From Squalus acanthias (taxonomy: Eukaryota): a stretch of 64,000 bases of DNA. The stretch lies in the NCBI GenBank assembly GCA_030390025.1, contig CM059432.1:113462001-113526000 (forward strand), written 5' to 3'. A program made the position numbers and the translations under genes. The notes under the pieces were generated by a model. It was not told the origin of the DNA, did not search any database, and was given only the letters and a program-made list of their open reading frames with translations. Numbering within the stretch: position 1 is the stretch's first letter; every line of letters starts with the position of its first letter. Shown here one piece after another: positions 31,969 to 44,020 of this stretch.

Positions 31969-33029
31969 TGGAGGTAGGAGTAGCTGCAAGGACATCTGCA
32001 AACATCTCCATAAGAGGGAGGCTTCCAGGCCACCAATGCAGACTTTTGGAGACTGAATGGACAACTGGATTCAGATATCTCCAGACTAACATCTCAAAGT
32101 GATTGGAGGATAACAGGTACAATCTCTCTCTTAGGTGGTTTAAGGATCTTACTGATTCCATTAGGTCTGTTCCCCAACAGATTAACGGTCAGCAGTATCC
32201 TGAGCCCACTTTCAGGAGGACAATAGAGAGTTCCCCAAGGATCCTGCTCTCCCTCATGAAAGCAGCACATGAAAGCTCTCTGGACTATCCCCTCAGATGC
32301 CTTCTCAAGTGAGAGTTAGACTGCAGACCCAGGCTGCTGAGGATCCAAGCTCAAAGACAGAGACTGCCGTGGGTCCATTCCAGGATTCCATTCCAAGAAG
32401 CTTATTCTAACTGTCAGCAGCTGTCCACATCACAGACCACTTAGGAAAAAAGAGATTGTAAATCCACAATGGGGAAGCATACTGGTGATTCTGGGATGAC
32501 TGTTATCGCTTCCCGCTGGGTGGGAATGGAGCGGGCAATCAGTTAAAATGGAGCAATTCCATTTCCCACTCCATTCCCACCGATCTCTGATTTTAATGCT
32601 GTTGGTTTTGGCGATGAATGAGGTGCCCGTGGACTCAAGTGGAAGCCTCGTGCATAAACGCTAATCAGTCCTGTGATGTTAATAAGACCCCAGTGGAGTT
32701 TTAACGGGGGCCTGAGTGGGGAAGCCACTGTGGCTTTGCCGCCAGGCTGAAGCAGATCAGCAGCTGGTGGCAAGGACTCAAAGGCCCTCCAAATAAGTGA
32801 AAAAATTCCTTGTGGGGCCAGGAGGAGCAGGAGTACTGGGTACTTTCATTTGTATATATTCATTACAATATAAATGGGAGCTGCAATTGCCAGTATGGAT
32901 TTATGGATTGTATTCTGAGATTCATACATGTCAATGTAAGTGAAGAAAATGAAAAGGGATCCTGCTGTTTGGAAAATTGCCAAACTTGATGTATGTGGAG
33001 GTGCACTGGCAATAGATGGATCACACATG

Positions 33030-33560
33030 ACTGAAGGTTTCTGAAATAAGTTTCTTCACAACTCTCAACCAGCAGCTGACTCTGATGCTGCTGCATGGTC
33101 TTCATGTCCCGCCTCTTCTGCCTCTGCCTCACCTTCCTCCTCGGGGATTTTTATAAGCAGGACCGTTTGCAAAGCAAAATTGTGGAACACTCAGCGTGTT
33201 ATTCCAGTTTTGGAGACAGTGCTAGGAGCATACTGCAAAGAGTGTGCTGGCCTGTCCTGGCACCTGAATCTTCCTTTCAACATACCAATAACTTGCTCAG
33301 TCCCAATTCTAGTTCCGAGATAAGCTTCATTGTAATACTCCTCTGCTACACTGGTGGTCTGACACAGTGTGCCATGGTAGTATTGGGTAACCCTTGTCAC
33401 CAAGTAGCCATCCTGTGCCTTGCTCTTGAGTCTGAAAGAGAGCTGGGACAGTAGACTGCCTCATGATAAAATAGTTACATCCCTGCCTGCTTAATATTAA
33501 TGCAAAGGAAGATGAGCCTGTCGTCACACACCTGCGCATTCCTCAAGGAATGTACCTGAC
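33030..33560 (-). pseudogene. Old Harbinger transposase C-terminal remnant (convergent partner of the Myb gene at 22841)
   Basis: [34 protein letters not shown]. Confidence 0.85.
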
Positions 33561-33724
33561 TTCCCTCCTCCCACCCCGCCAGAGGTTTGGGGCCAATGTG
33601 CACTCTTACTCATTGTAGGACTTTCCCCAATCTTTGGTCACATTTCTGTTCATTCTCTCCCCAAATCAGGACATCATTTGTAATAACTTCTATTCCTTCA
33701 CTGTCATCCACTTTAGAGAAGCGT

Positions 33725-34277
33725 AAACTGATCTGATCTGATTGAGATTTGTAAGATGATGAAGGGAATAGATTGTGTTCCAGTTGACAGTTTGTTCCAA
33801 TTAAATAGGTTAGGGAGGTTCAGGAGTCACAATTTTAAGTTGTATAAGGCCAGATCTAGGTTAGATGTCAGGAGATGGTTCCTTCCCCAGAGAATAGTGG
33901 ACCTCTGGAACAGGCTGTCGTCTCGTGCGGTGGATGCTGAGTCACTGAATTCCCTCAAGCGAGAGCTGGACCTGTTTCTGGCTGTGACAGAGATCACCTC
34001 GTACAGAAGGTAGGTATTGCAGGGAATTCAGGGCCAGAGTGATCTCCTGGACTAGTTTTGATTACCTAGATGGGTCAGAGAGGAATTTCCCAGATTTTTT
34101 CCCCCCAAATTGGCCTGGGGTTTTTAATCTGATTTTTTGCCTCTCCCGGGAGATCACATGTTTCGGGTGGGATGTGGAGAGTATATATGTTGTGATACAC
34201 AAGGTATCGCAATTGTGTGGGACAGGCTGGATGGACCAAAGGGTCTTTACCTGTCCGTCATTGTTCGTATGTTCGTA
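33725..34277 (+). mobile_element. CR1 LINE 3' end
   Basis: RSHNFKL..RLDVRRWF..RIVDLWNRL..LKRELD, then a 3' UTR ending in (TGTTCGTA) repeats. Confidence 0.85.
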
Positions 34278-34279
34278 CC

Positions 34280-35260
34280 AACTGTGACATTTTGTATTGG
34301 AACATTTCTGAGCTGAGGTGATCCCAAAGGGCATGTCTCTCAAAAGGACTAATAAGTGTGTCCAACTTAGATGAATCTTCATCCAATTCTACTTGCAAAT
34401 AGCCACAAGTTGCATAAAACGTGCTAAAGGTTTTGTCATTTGACAACTGTGACACTGCTTCCTCGGCAATCTGCATTGGATAATGTTCTGTTTCCATGGC
34501 TTTATTTAAATCTTTAGAATTGGGGCATCTTCTCACTCGTTCACTGTTTGGTTTAAGTATAGACAAGTTTCTCCATTACAAGTTTCTCCATTATATCTAA
34601 CTCATTTAATGAACTTTAACACAAAGTGTGATTGCCACTTTTCTTAGTGGATGCATAACTGGTTGAGCCTCTGGCTTTAGTTATATGCTCTGTTTCCCTG
34701 CTATGTGTCCCAGGCCTTTAAATGCAACAGCATATGTCTCATCACTTTTAGGCATGTACTGCTAGTGACTGCATCATTTCTTTTGATCAGTCCTAGCTGT
34801 TGGCATGCTTGAAGTCTCAGCACTGGCTGTACTCGCTGTTCCAGAACTGAAATCTAGACTTTGGTACTTTATATTCACAACACATTACATTTTCCTATTG
34901 GCTTAATGTTGTGGCCAGAGTACATCACCAAGTTAGAACTGCTCAATACTTCACTTCTTGAATAAACTGACTGTGGCACAATATTATATTGAGCCAGCTT
35001 AAAATGAATAGTTCTGTCATCCATCTCGATGTTGACTGACAATTCATGTATGAATTGATTCCATTAAAAAATCATTTTAAAAATGTAGTTTTTACTCTCA
35101 CTCTATGAACTTTCTTTTTCGTTCTTTGCTTGTCTGAGGTGGATGGCTTTGCTTTGGCATTCTTCAGCAAGATGGTTTTGTTTTTTTACAACATATCTGC
35201 ATTTTGCCATACACTGCACATTTTTACAATGTACCACAGAGTTTACAATCCATGATGGTT
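34280..35260 (-). mobile_element. Degenerate Ty3/Gypsy gag-pol fragment
   Basis: CCHC relic YGK..CCKKQNHLAEEC. RT DLNKA...EHYP, GYLQVELDE, PFGITSA. Confidence 0.75.
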
Positions 35261-36007
35261 TAGCAGTTGTCTGTTAGGTTGACCCCTTCCTAACACATAT
35301 GGCACTGGCCTTGCACCACTGTAACAAAAATCTGGAGTGCACCTTCTACCCTAATCCTTTGGTCTACTGATATTTGAGGTTACGTCTTGTTAGTTTAATT
35401 TAATTGGTCTCTTAGATCACAGTCCAGTGATTCTAACCCGGATAATTCCAGGGCCCCTGAGGAGTTTCCTTCCTCGGATTTGGAAATGTTTGAAATTTTT
35501 AGACGCAACAATATGTATGAGATACTCTGCAAGAGGCAACAGCAGTATTGCATGTTTTATTAATGTGTGTGCTTCCCTGCTTCACTTGGAGGAGCAGGTT
35601 TGAATGTTAGAATCTGTCCACAAGAGAAATTAGGTATGGAACATATTTTATCCCTTCCGGAGGTTTGGAAGGAATTGGAGTCTCTCCCAATCTTGAATAT
35701 TCAGTGACTAGTTCAGCTCACCAATGGTTGATTCTGTGAGTACAAGGTAAACAGGGTTGTCTATTGCCACATATGATGAAGGAGCAGAAGGGCAGTCAGG
35801 CCACTTTCAAAAAATGTCACCTTGAGCCAAAGAAAATTCATACCTCATAATTTCTAGAGAGTGAGGTGCTTCGATTGCCCCTGGGTCCTGGTGAGATGTA
35901 GAGTCCATGGAATTGACTTCCTGTGCAAACCTTCCTTCCCTTTCAAGGGAACGTTCTGCATAAAAAAAAGTCTTTAGTTACATCCAGAGATTTTTTTCAG
36001 AAAGTTT

Positions 36008-36427
36008 CAGCTTGACTCAATGGTAGCACTCCTCCCTATGAGTCAAAAGGTCGTGGGGTCAAACACCACTCCAGAACTTTAGCACATAATGTAGGCTGAC
36101 ACTTCAGTGCAGTACTAAGGGAGTGCAAAATGTAATCTACCAGATGAGAGGTTAAATTGAGGTCTTGTTTGCCTGTTCAGGTGAACATAAAAAAATCCCA
36201 TGGCACAATTCAAAGAAGAGCAGGAGAGTTCTCCTGGTGTCCTGGCCAACATTTATCCCTTAATCAACATCACCAAAAGTCGATTATCTGGTCATTTATT
36301 TCATCGCTGTTTGTGGGTCATAATTCATAATAACAATGATTACTTTTTTTTTAATTAATTGTCTGTGAAGTGCTTTGAGACGTCCTGAAGACATGAAAGG
36401 TGCTATATAAATGCAAATTCTTTCTTT
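36008..36427 (+). mobile_element. DeuSINE (SacSINE1/AmnSINE-like)
   Basis: tRNA-like head, Deu-like core (GATGAGA.GTTAAA, TCCCATGGCAC, GGTGTCCTGGCCAA) and L2-type tail GCTATATAAATGCAA. Confidence 0.8.
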
Positions 36428-36498
36428 CGGTTCCTGCACTGTGGGAGAGATAAGTTTGTCACTAGCATGTTAACCAGTCTTATTCTGACCAAAAGAAA

Positions 36499-36720
36499 TC
36501 AGAACCCAAAGCTTTCCCAGATGTTGTTCAGGAATGCTTGGACACTCTCCCTGAAGTGCCTCGATGAAGTGCACTGCATGGTTTTAGAATGCCCATTACT
36601 ATGGATGAAGTATTCCAAGACATAAACTCTCTTCGGACTAATAAGGCCTCTGGTCCGGATGGTTTCCCCATTGCTTCTTACAAAAGGTTGACTCGGAATA
36701 GTCTCCTCTACTTCTATTGG
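36499..36720 (-). pseudogene. Possible very old PIF/Harbinger transposase N-terminal relic
   Basis: ISPKRV..LEYF....G.SKT..SRHFRESVQA resembles the HTH region of this family; weak. Confidence 0.3.
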
Positions 36721-38107
36721 CTTCTCAGCATCATACATTCTGGGACTCCAATAAATCTGTAAATCATAGCAACTCCACATGCAGCCAATTTGTGAAGAAT
36801 AGTTTCTCCCGCAGAGGGAAAATATTAAACACTACTTTAAATGTGCCTTGAATAAACACATGTTAGCACTAAAAATGTTATGCAAAATTATGACTGAGCT
36901 TATTTTGGTCTGTTCTGCTGTATAATTATCAGTTTCATTTGTGATTTTCTATGTGGTAGTGCAGTGCTATTTAACACCTTGAAGTATTTTGCTATGAATG
37001 TTAGGCCCACTGCAACACTGCTGCAGGGAGGGTGATCCCACTCTTGGAGTCTTTAGCTTCAATCTGTGTATCTCTTGGAGATTTGCAGGGTTGTTGTGTC
37101 TTTAGTATGAGATTGTTAAAGATAATGATATATCCGAATGGATATCTTTTGACGTTGCTCACGATGACTCGTTAATTATGCTGTTGTGGGGTGGATCTGG
37201 GAGTGTGTAAGTACTTTTGTCTGATTACACTCTTGTGAAGCACCTTGGGACATTTTACTATGTTAAAGGTGCTATATAAATGTTACTGTTGTTGTTGTGT
37301 TTGGGTGGGCTGCAGTGTGGGAGAACTTGAGTGGTGTGATATGCAGTGGGGGAGTACAGGGAAGGAGAGCTGTGTCTGGGGGGATTTGAGGGGAACTAGG
37401 GCTGGGAGGATTTGAGGGAGATTAGGGTTGGGAGCAATGAAATGATTGGAACAATGCAAGAACTTCAATGGAATTAAAAGGTATGACGTACAACACAAAA
37501 ATGCAGAGTTCTGTTTTAAGATAGAGACATAAAGATGAAGTGTGGGATTGGAGAAAAAAAGTGTTACGTGGTGATGAGAGTGGGACAGCTGACCCACAAT
37601 GCGCGAGGCGATGGGAGTTGCCACTGTAGTGAAGGTGCGCATGTTGGATGGGCTCACTGGAAGGATTTTGGGGTGGTAGGGAGGAGTGGAGGTGTGATGT
37701 TTCTGGATAATGAAAGAGGCAATGAAGTTGCCTGGAGATCGGAAATGTGGCAATGAGGGGCTGAAACCTTGCAGAAGGGGAAAATGATTGAAGGACGTTC
37801 CATGTGAAACACTGAAGGTATGAAAATAGAGAACAACACGAACTTGAGACTCCTGAAGGTGGGGAGAGAGGATTCAAGGAATATGTAACAAAGTAAAGTC
37901 AAGTATAAGGGCAAGTTTAGTAATATCTTTCAGGTTTATTTAATAGATTTAATAGAGCTAAAAATTTGACTCTGTAGCGCACGGTTTTTCGGTGTGTCTA
38001 AAATAGCATCCGTGCCACGCACACACACATTTCTGGTGTGGGCCATGCCGGATGCTATCTTGGTAAAGGCCAAAACACAGCCATTATGCATGAGGCCATT
38101 TCCATAC

Positions 38108-38509
38108 TTTTTTATTCATTCACGGGATGTGGGCGTCACTGGCAAGGCCAGCATTTATTGCCCATCCCTAATTGCCCTTGAGAAGGTGGTGGTGAGCCAC
38201 CTTATACAACTGAGTGGCTTGCTAGGCCATTTAAGAATCAACCACATTGCTGTGGGCCTGGAGTCACATACAGGCCCAGGACAGCAAATTTCCTTCCCTA
38301 AAGAACATTAGTGAACCAGATGGGTTTTTACAACAATCCGATAGTTTCATGGTCACCATTACTGATACAGGCTTTTTAATTCCAGATTTATTTAATTGAA
38401 TTTAAATTCCCCAGCTGCCATGGTGGGGTTTGAACTCATGTCTCCGGATCATTAGCCCAGGCCTCTGGATTACTCGTCCAGTAACATAACCACTATGCCA
38501 CCGTGTCCC
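38108..38509 (-). mobile_element. tRNA-derived SINE, inserted in a MITE-like element (~37955-39080)
   Basis: Homologous to 31537-31968. Confidence 0.8.
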
Positions 38510-39227
38510 TGCAAATAAGCAGCCTAACGCCGACTTCTGGTCCCTGCTGAAAATTTGGTTTGCGCCTGAGGCAGCCAGCACCAGTGCTGATTGCCTCCAG
38601 GAAAACCAACGCTAAACACTATGTAAGTAAAAAATGGTAAGTACTTACCATAATCACCGCCGCTCCCAATCCTGAGATCCCCGATCTCTGACAGCCAGGC
38701 CCTGGCCCTGACCTCCAGGCCCTTCAGATCTCACCCCGCCCCGCACCCCCACCCCCGACCACAGCCATGACCTCCTAGCCCCCCCAACAGCACTCCCGAC
38801 ACCCCCCCACAATACCCCAGATCTTCCTACCCGATCCCCGTCAGCCCTCCGATCAGACTCTGAGACGCAGCCGTTCCTCCTCCACATTACCGTGATCCAA
38901 CCCAATCACTTAGCTGAAAATTGGAGCACTACCCGGCGCGGGCTCCTCCTGCAGTGCCGTCTACATGATAATGAGGTCCAAGGCCCAAAATCCGGAGCTC
39001 CTCAGACATCACCATCTGCATGGCTGTTAGCACTCTGCAGATAAGGTGCCCAAAAATGGATGCTTCTGAATTTCTAGGCCGGAATGTTTATTATGTTATA
39101 AATTGTAATTCTACAGGGAAATAGTAGGGTGTATGAGGAAGTAACACGGCTGCTGAAAAGATTTGGAGAGAAGTGTACATGAGATGTGCTCAGTCAGTGT
39201 TAAAGAAGTTTTTGATTGAATTTGTTT

Positions 39228-39945
39228 GCAACCTTGGTGTCAAATTTGACCCTGAAATGAGTTTCCGACCACAGATCCGCAGCATAACGAAGATCATCTA
39301 TTTTCACCTCCGTAACATCGCCCGTCTCCGCCCTTGCCTCAGCTCATCCGTTACTGAAAATCATCCATGCCTTTGTTACCTCTAGATTTGACGATTCCAA
39401 CGCACTCCTGGCTGGCCTCCCACATTCTACCCTACGTAAACTTGAGGTGATCCAAAACTCTGCTGCCCGTATCCTAACTCGCACCAAGTCCCGTTCACCC
39501 ATCACCCCTGTTCTCGCTGACCTACATTGGCCCCCGGTTAAGTAAAACCTCGATTTCAAAATTCTCATCCTCGTTTTCAAATCCCGCCATGGCCTCGACC
39601 CTCCTCATCTCTAATCTCCTCCAGCCCCACAACCCCCCCAAGATATCTGCGTTCCTCTAATTCTGCCCTCCTGATTATAATCGCTCAACCAATGGTGGCC
39701 GTGCCTTCTGTTGCCTGGGTCCTAAGCTCTGGAATTCCCTCCCTAAACCTCTCCGCCTCTCTACCTCTCTTCCCTCCTTTAAGACACTCCTTAAAACCTA
39801 CCTCTTTGACCAAGCTTTTGGTCATCTGCCCTAATTTCTCCTGGTGTCGGCGCGGTGTCAATTTTGTCTTATAATACTCCTGTGAAGCGCCTTGGGACGT
39901 TTTACTATGTTAAAGGCGCTATATAAATAAAAGTTGTTGTTGTTG
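39228..39945 (+). mobile_element. L2 LINE 3' fragment
   Basis: NLGV.FD, FHLRNIARLRP, IQNSAARIL, ITPVLADLHW. Tail GGCGCTATATAAAT..(GTT)n. Confidence 0.9.
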
Positions 39946-40075
39946 TGCCTACTGCAACACTTTTATATTTATAGATAGGTCATGGTACAATTAGGCACAG
40001 AAACAATAGGACAGTAAAATGTATGGCAACCTTCAAAGTGAATAAAAGAACAGAAATCTCTCTCTCACACACATT

Positions 40076-41831
40076 GGCCGGGATTTCCCCTACCTCGGTG
40101 GGTCCGTGGCGGGTGACGTCAGTGGCAGGTCCTGGCCCTGCTGTTGGCTCCAGCCTGCTCTGTAGAATAATTTTATGTTGATTGGGCTTGTTAAGCACAT
40201 TTGCCGATCAATTGAAGGAAGCGGGTCTAATGACGTCATTTGATGACGCGTCATCAGCCGGTTTTCTTAAAGGGACCGTGTACAAACTGATTTTGACAGT
40301 TGTGCTCTCAGTGTTCTACAGCATTGAGGTACTGCAAACACTAACAAGCACTGTACAGAGGTGCACGGCTGCACCCAGGCTCTCCCATGACTCCCTCCAT
40401 ATGCTTATGGAGGGAGTCACAGCACACAGGGAGGTCCTCTTCCCTTCCCATGGGCGGAAGACACCTCCCCAGGAGATCAATGCAGCCTGGTTGTACATTG
40501 CACAGGAGGGCACAAGCAGGGATGTTGTCAGGAGGACCAGGCTGCAGTGGCGCAAACCTTTTAATGATCTCAGTAGATCACGAAATGTTACTGCAAAGCC
40601 ACACTCAACCTCATCACATCCCCATCACACTGCCTTCCCTTCCCTACTCCTGCACATTTTTACTTACACCAACTTACCTTGCACCTCCACCCATCTCTTT
40701 TTATCTACATTATCACTTCCCCATCTCACTAGCCACCCTTCACACTCAGCCTCATCCTAGTCCAATCATACCAACTAACAACACACAAGAGTAGGCACTT
40801 GGGTGTTTTATCCAATGTTCATGTAAAGTTTCTGTTAATGTGGTGTCAAACATTGAAAGCTTTATTTTCAACACTTTGTGTTCTTGGACAGATCTGTGTG
40901 CACCTTTGGAAGTGGTTTAGTTAGTTGCAGTGAATGGTGAGACATAACGGTACCCCCCGTAATGGTGATGAGTGTGAAAGGAATGGCTTGGGCATTGTAG
41001 GGATGCTTTATGGTGTTGGTGTGGGGTGGTGCCAACCTGGCGCATCATGTGGCAGCCAAGGTGCACAGCATCAAGTGAAGTAAATCTGGCCATGGTGAGG
41101 CCATTGCTGGCCTCCCAGGCAGCAATGTGTTCAGGTGTTGATGCCCTGTGTCCTATGCAGCATCAGTTGATTGCGGAGAAGGTTGGTGTTGTTGTTGCTG
41201 CTGGTGTGCCTGGTGCTGCTGGTGTTGGGGCTGATGGTAGTGGGATTCTGATGAGCAAGGTGAGATAGTTTCAAGGGCACTGATGCTGATGTAATAGATG
41301 GCAGGTGAGGTTGAGATGACAGAAGCGATCTGTCAATGGTGAGAGAGGTTGTTCCAATAAGGTGACACTGGATACAGAGTTTGCTCCAAACACTTGCAAC
41401 CTGCATAAAGCTCAATCTGTCTTCCAAATGCAGTAAGCAACAGCTTCTGAGCTTGGAAAGTGAACAGATGTGAGATGGGAGCTTTTATAGCACATTTGCA
41501 GCTGTCAAGTAATGAGATGATTCCATGGTCATACAATTCCCGACTTCCTTACCTGACGTGATCCCCGAGCAACATGGACTCCGTGGGCGACCTCATAAAA
41601 TGTAAAGGTGAGCTCAAAATACTTTTTAATGGGCTGTCAACAAGGTCATAATGACCTGAATTGCCTCCCCCACCGCTGCATGTTGAGTTTGTTCAGTCCT
41701 GACAGACCCGATATCTAGGAAAGTCGCATGGCGGCGGGTTGACAGCGGGATCCCGACCCACTGTCAAAACATTTTTTTCTCACCCGACCCGCAACGGAAC
41801 GTGCACGCTGACCCTCCGAAAAATTCCCCCC
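40076..41831. mobile_element. Non-autonomous Harbinger carrying Myb/SANT exon 1 (+)
   Basis: APRLSHDSL..REVLFP..AAW..RRT.LQWRKPFNDL at ~40370-40575. G-rich/AATTT termini and TSD ATT. Confidence 0.75.
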
Positions 41832-44020
41832 ATTTTGTCCCTTTGAACCTGCTACCACTTTCTTTACCCTTGCTGTCTCCCATTTGGCCAGCCACCTGTC
41901 CGTCTACAAATCATATTACCATCCCAGTGTCATTTCAATTAATACTATTTGTAAATAAATAAATCCTAAAGTGCCACACATGGTGCATGAGGTACTTCTG
42001 CCTGAACATGCAAGTGTCTTTCCAACTGAAGTCAGTTCCCATGAAGTGGAAAATTGTTGAAGACCAAAAATATCCATGCAAATTATGTCATAAGATCTTT
42101 TTATTTTTCCCAGATTTAGACAGCTTACTAATAAATATCTGCTTTGAAAACGGCTGTTAAAGTGTCTAAATATTTGTCTGAAACATATGGTCTATCATTT
42201 TATTGCCTAGTATAGGAATAATTCACAACAGCAAAGAAAAGGGACACATTAATTATTACTTAGGAGTTGGCAGCTGCGCCCTGTATCTATAATTAATATA
42301 AAGGCTGGCCATCGCGCTCCCCCACTGTATAGAGTTATACCATACATGGGAGCTGAGAAGCAATGATTTATTCATGATGGATTATTTCTCTTTTGAAACT
42401 AATTTAGTTATCTTAATGCCACTCCACCACCGCCATAGGCAAGTGTATTTCCATTGTTTCACAAACCACATTGGAACATGCATATACTGTCTGAAGCCTA
42501 GCCTTCGCTCTACCTAGTACTTCATTGACTGTAAAGCACTTTGGGAGGTCCTGAGGTCATGAAAGGTGCTATTTAAATGCAAGTTCTTTCTTTTTTGTTT
42601 TATCTCTCTTGCTTGACCTCTGGCCTGTCACTCTCCACTATGACATTCTGCTTCCTTCCTCCACCTACCAGAAGCAACAAATTGCTCTCAAACTCATTGC
42701 TTTCCATCCCCATCTCTGGCTTTCCACCTCTTCCACAGGCCTTCCTGTGTCTCTCCATTTTGTCATTGTCGATCCTGCCCTCTGCCTCTTCACCTCACCC
42801 GGGCACTGGTTTTCCCCTCATCACTTTGCTTTGCCTCTCCCCATTGCTAAAATGTCAGCATATTCCTTTCAGGCAAGAGCAATTATATAAGAGCATTGAA
42901 ATGCTCTTTCTTCTCTCACCCACAAAGGGTTAGCTCCTAGAGCAGTTCAACGTTGAAGTTGCAGCAGATAGGCAAAAAATGGCAAAATAAACTAGAAAAA
43001 TCTGGTCAGCAATGCACTTTTACAAGATTTTTCCCAGTACTTAATGGCCCTTTAAACAACTTCCAGCTGGATGTAGCTGCCTAGTAATACTGGAAGTCTG
43101 TTTTCAAATGGACAGACTTGGCATTGGGCAGTAAACAAATGTTCAACTCACGCAATTAGGCATCTGCGTCAGGACCTGATTAAAATTTCATTTGAATTTG
43201 GTCGTCCATATTTGGGTGGGTGCTTCCCCCACCAATATACCTCCTGGGAGATCGTTATGTTCGGAGGGCAGAGATCTGGGAGTAGATTTTCACCCTGAGT
43301 GGACTTTGGGTGGCTGGACGGCGAAGCATGCCAACCAGCTGCCCGATAGTCCCAGTGGGACGCCCGGTCCATTTTGAGGACCAGGCTGCATTGGCTGGTG
43401 GGCTACAGGTAGAAAATGAGTGCGCTGGGCAGCCCGCCAGCTCCGAGCCTGACAAAGGTAGTGTTATAGGGTGTAATTTATTTAAGATTAGATGTTCTAT
43501 CTATTCCTCATAATCAATAAGGTTCTTGAAACATGCACATATGGATTTATTATTGTGGAATTTCATGCGCAAATTACAATCCGCGCAAATCGAGTTTCCG
43601 CGATCTTTTGCGCTAGTTTAAAAAATATCACGCTAGAAGCCAGCCCCACCCACAAAACTGGCCACGCCCCTCCAGGATGAATGAATCACCATTGGGAGTT
43701 TCCGCTAATTGCGCCGGTTTGTGGGCCTTTGAGGAGGCTCTAAATATTAAGCTGGTTCTTTTGGGTGCAAAGGCATTAATAGGCACAATTTAAAAGCTTT
43801 CAAATCTATGACTGTTTAATTTACTAAGAAACTGACTACTGTTTAATATAACTAGCAAATGGTTCTGTTTATTTTTTAAAAGTCATTTTCAGTCATTTAA
43901 AATCGGTCTACTCACAGGTACTGGATTGACACTGTGATTAAAAATGCTTATTTTTTGTGATAAACACATTTTCAGCTGTATTAATCAAGCTGTATTAATC
44001 AAAGTAACGGATGAGAAAAT

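Noticed and set aside
35844..35956. Minus-strand host exon (good acceptor and donor)
   Set aside because: No recognisable protein and no partner exons. Could be a decayed transposon exon.
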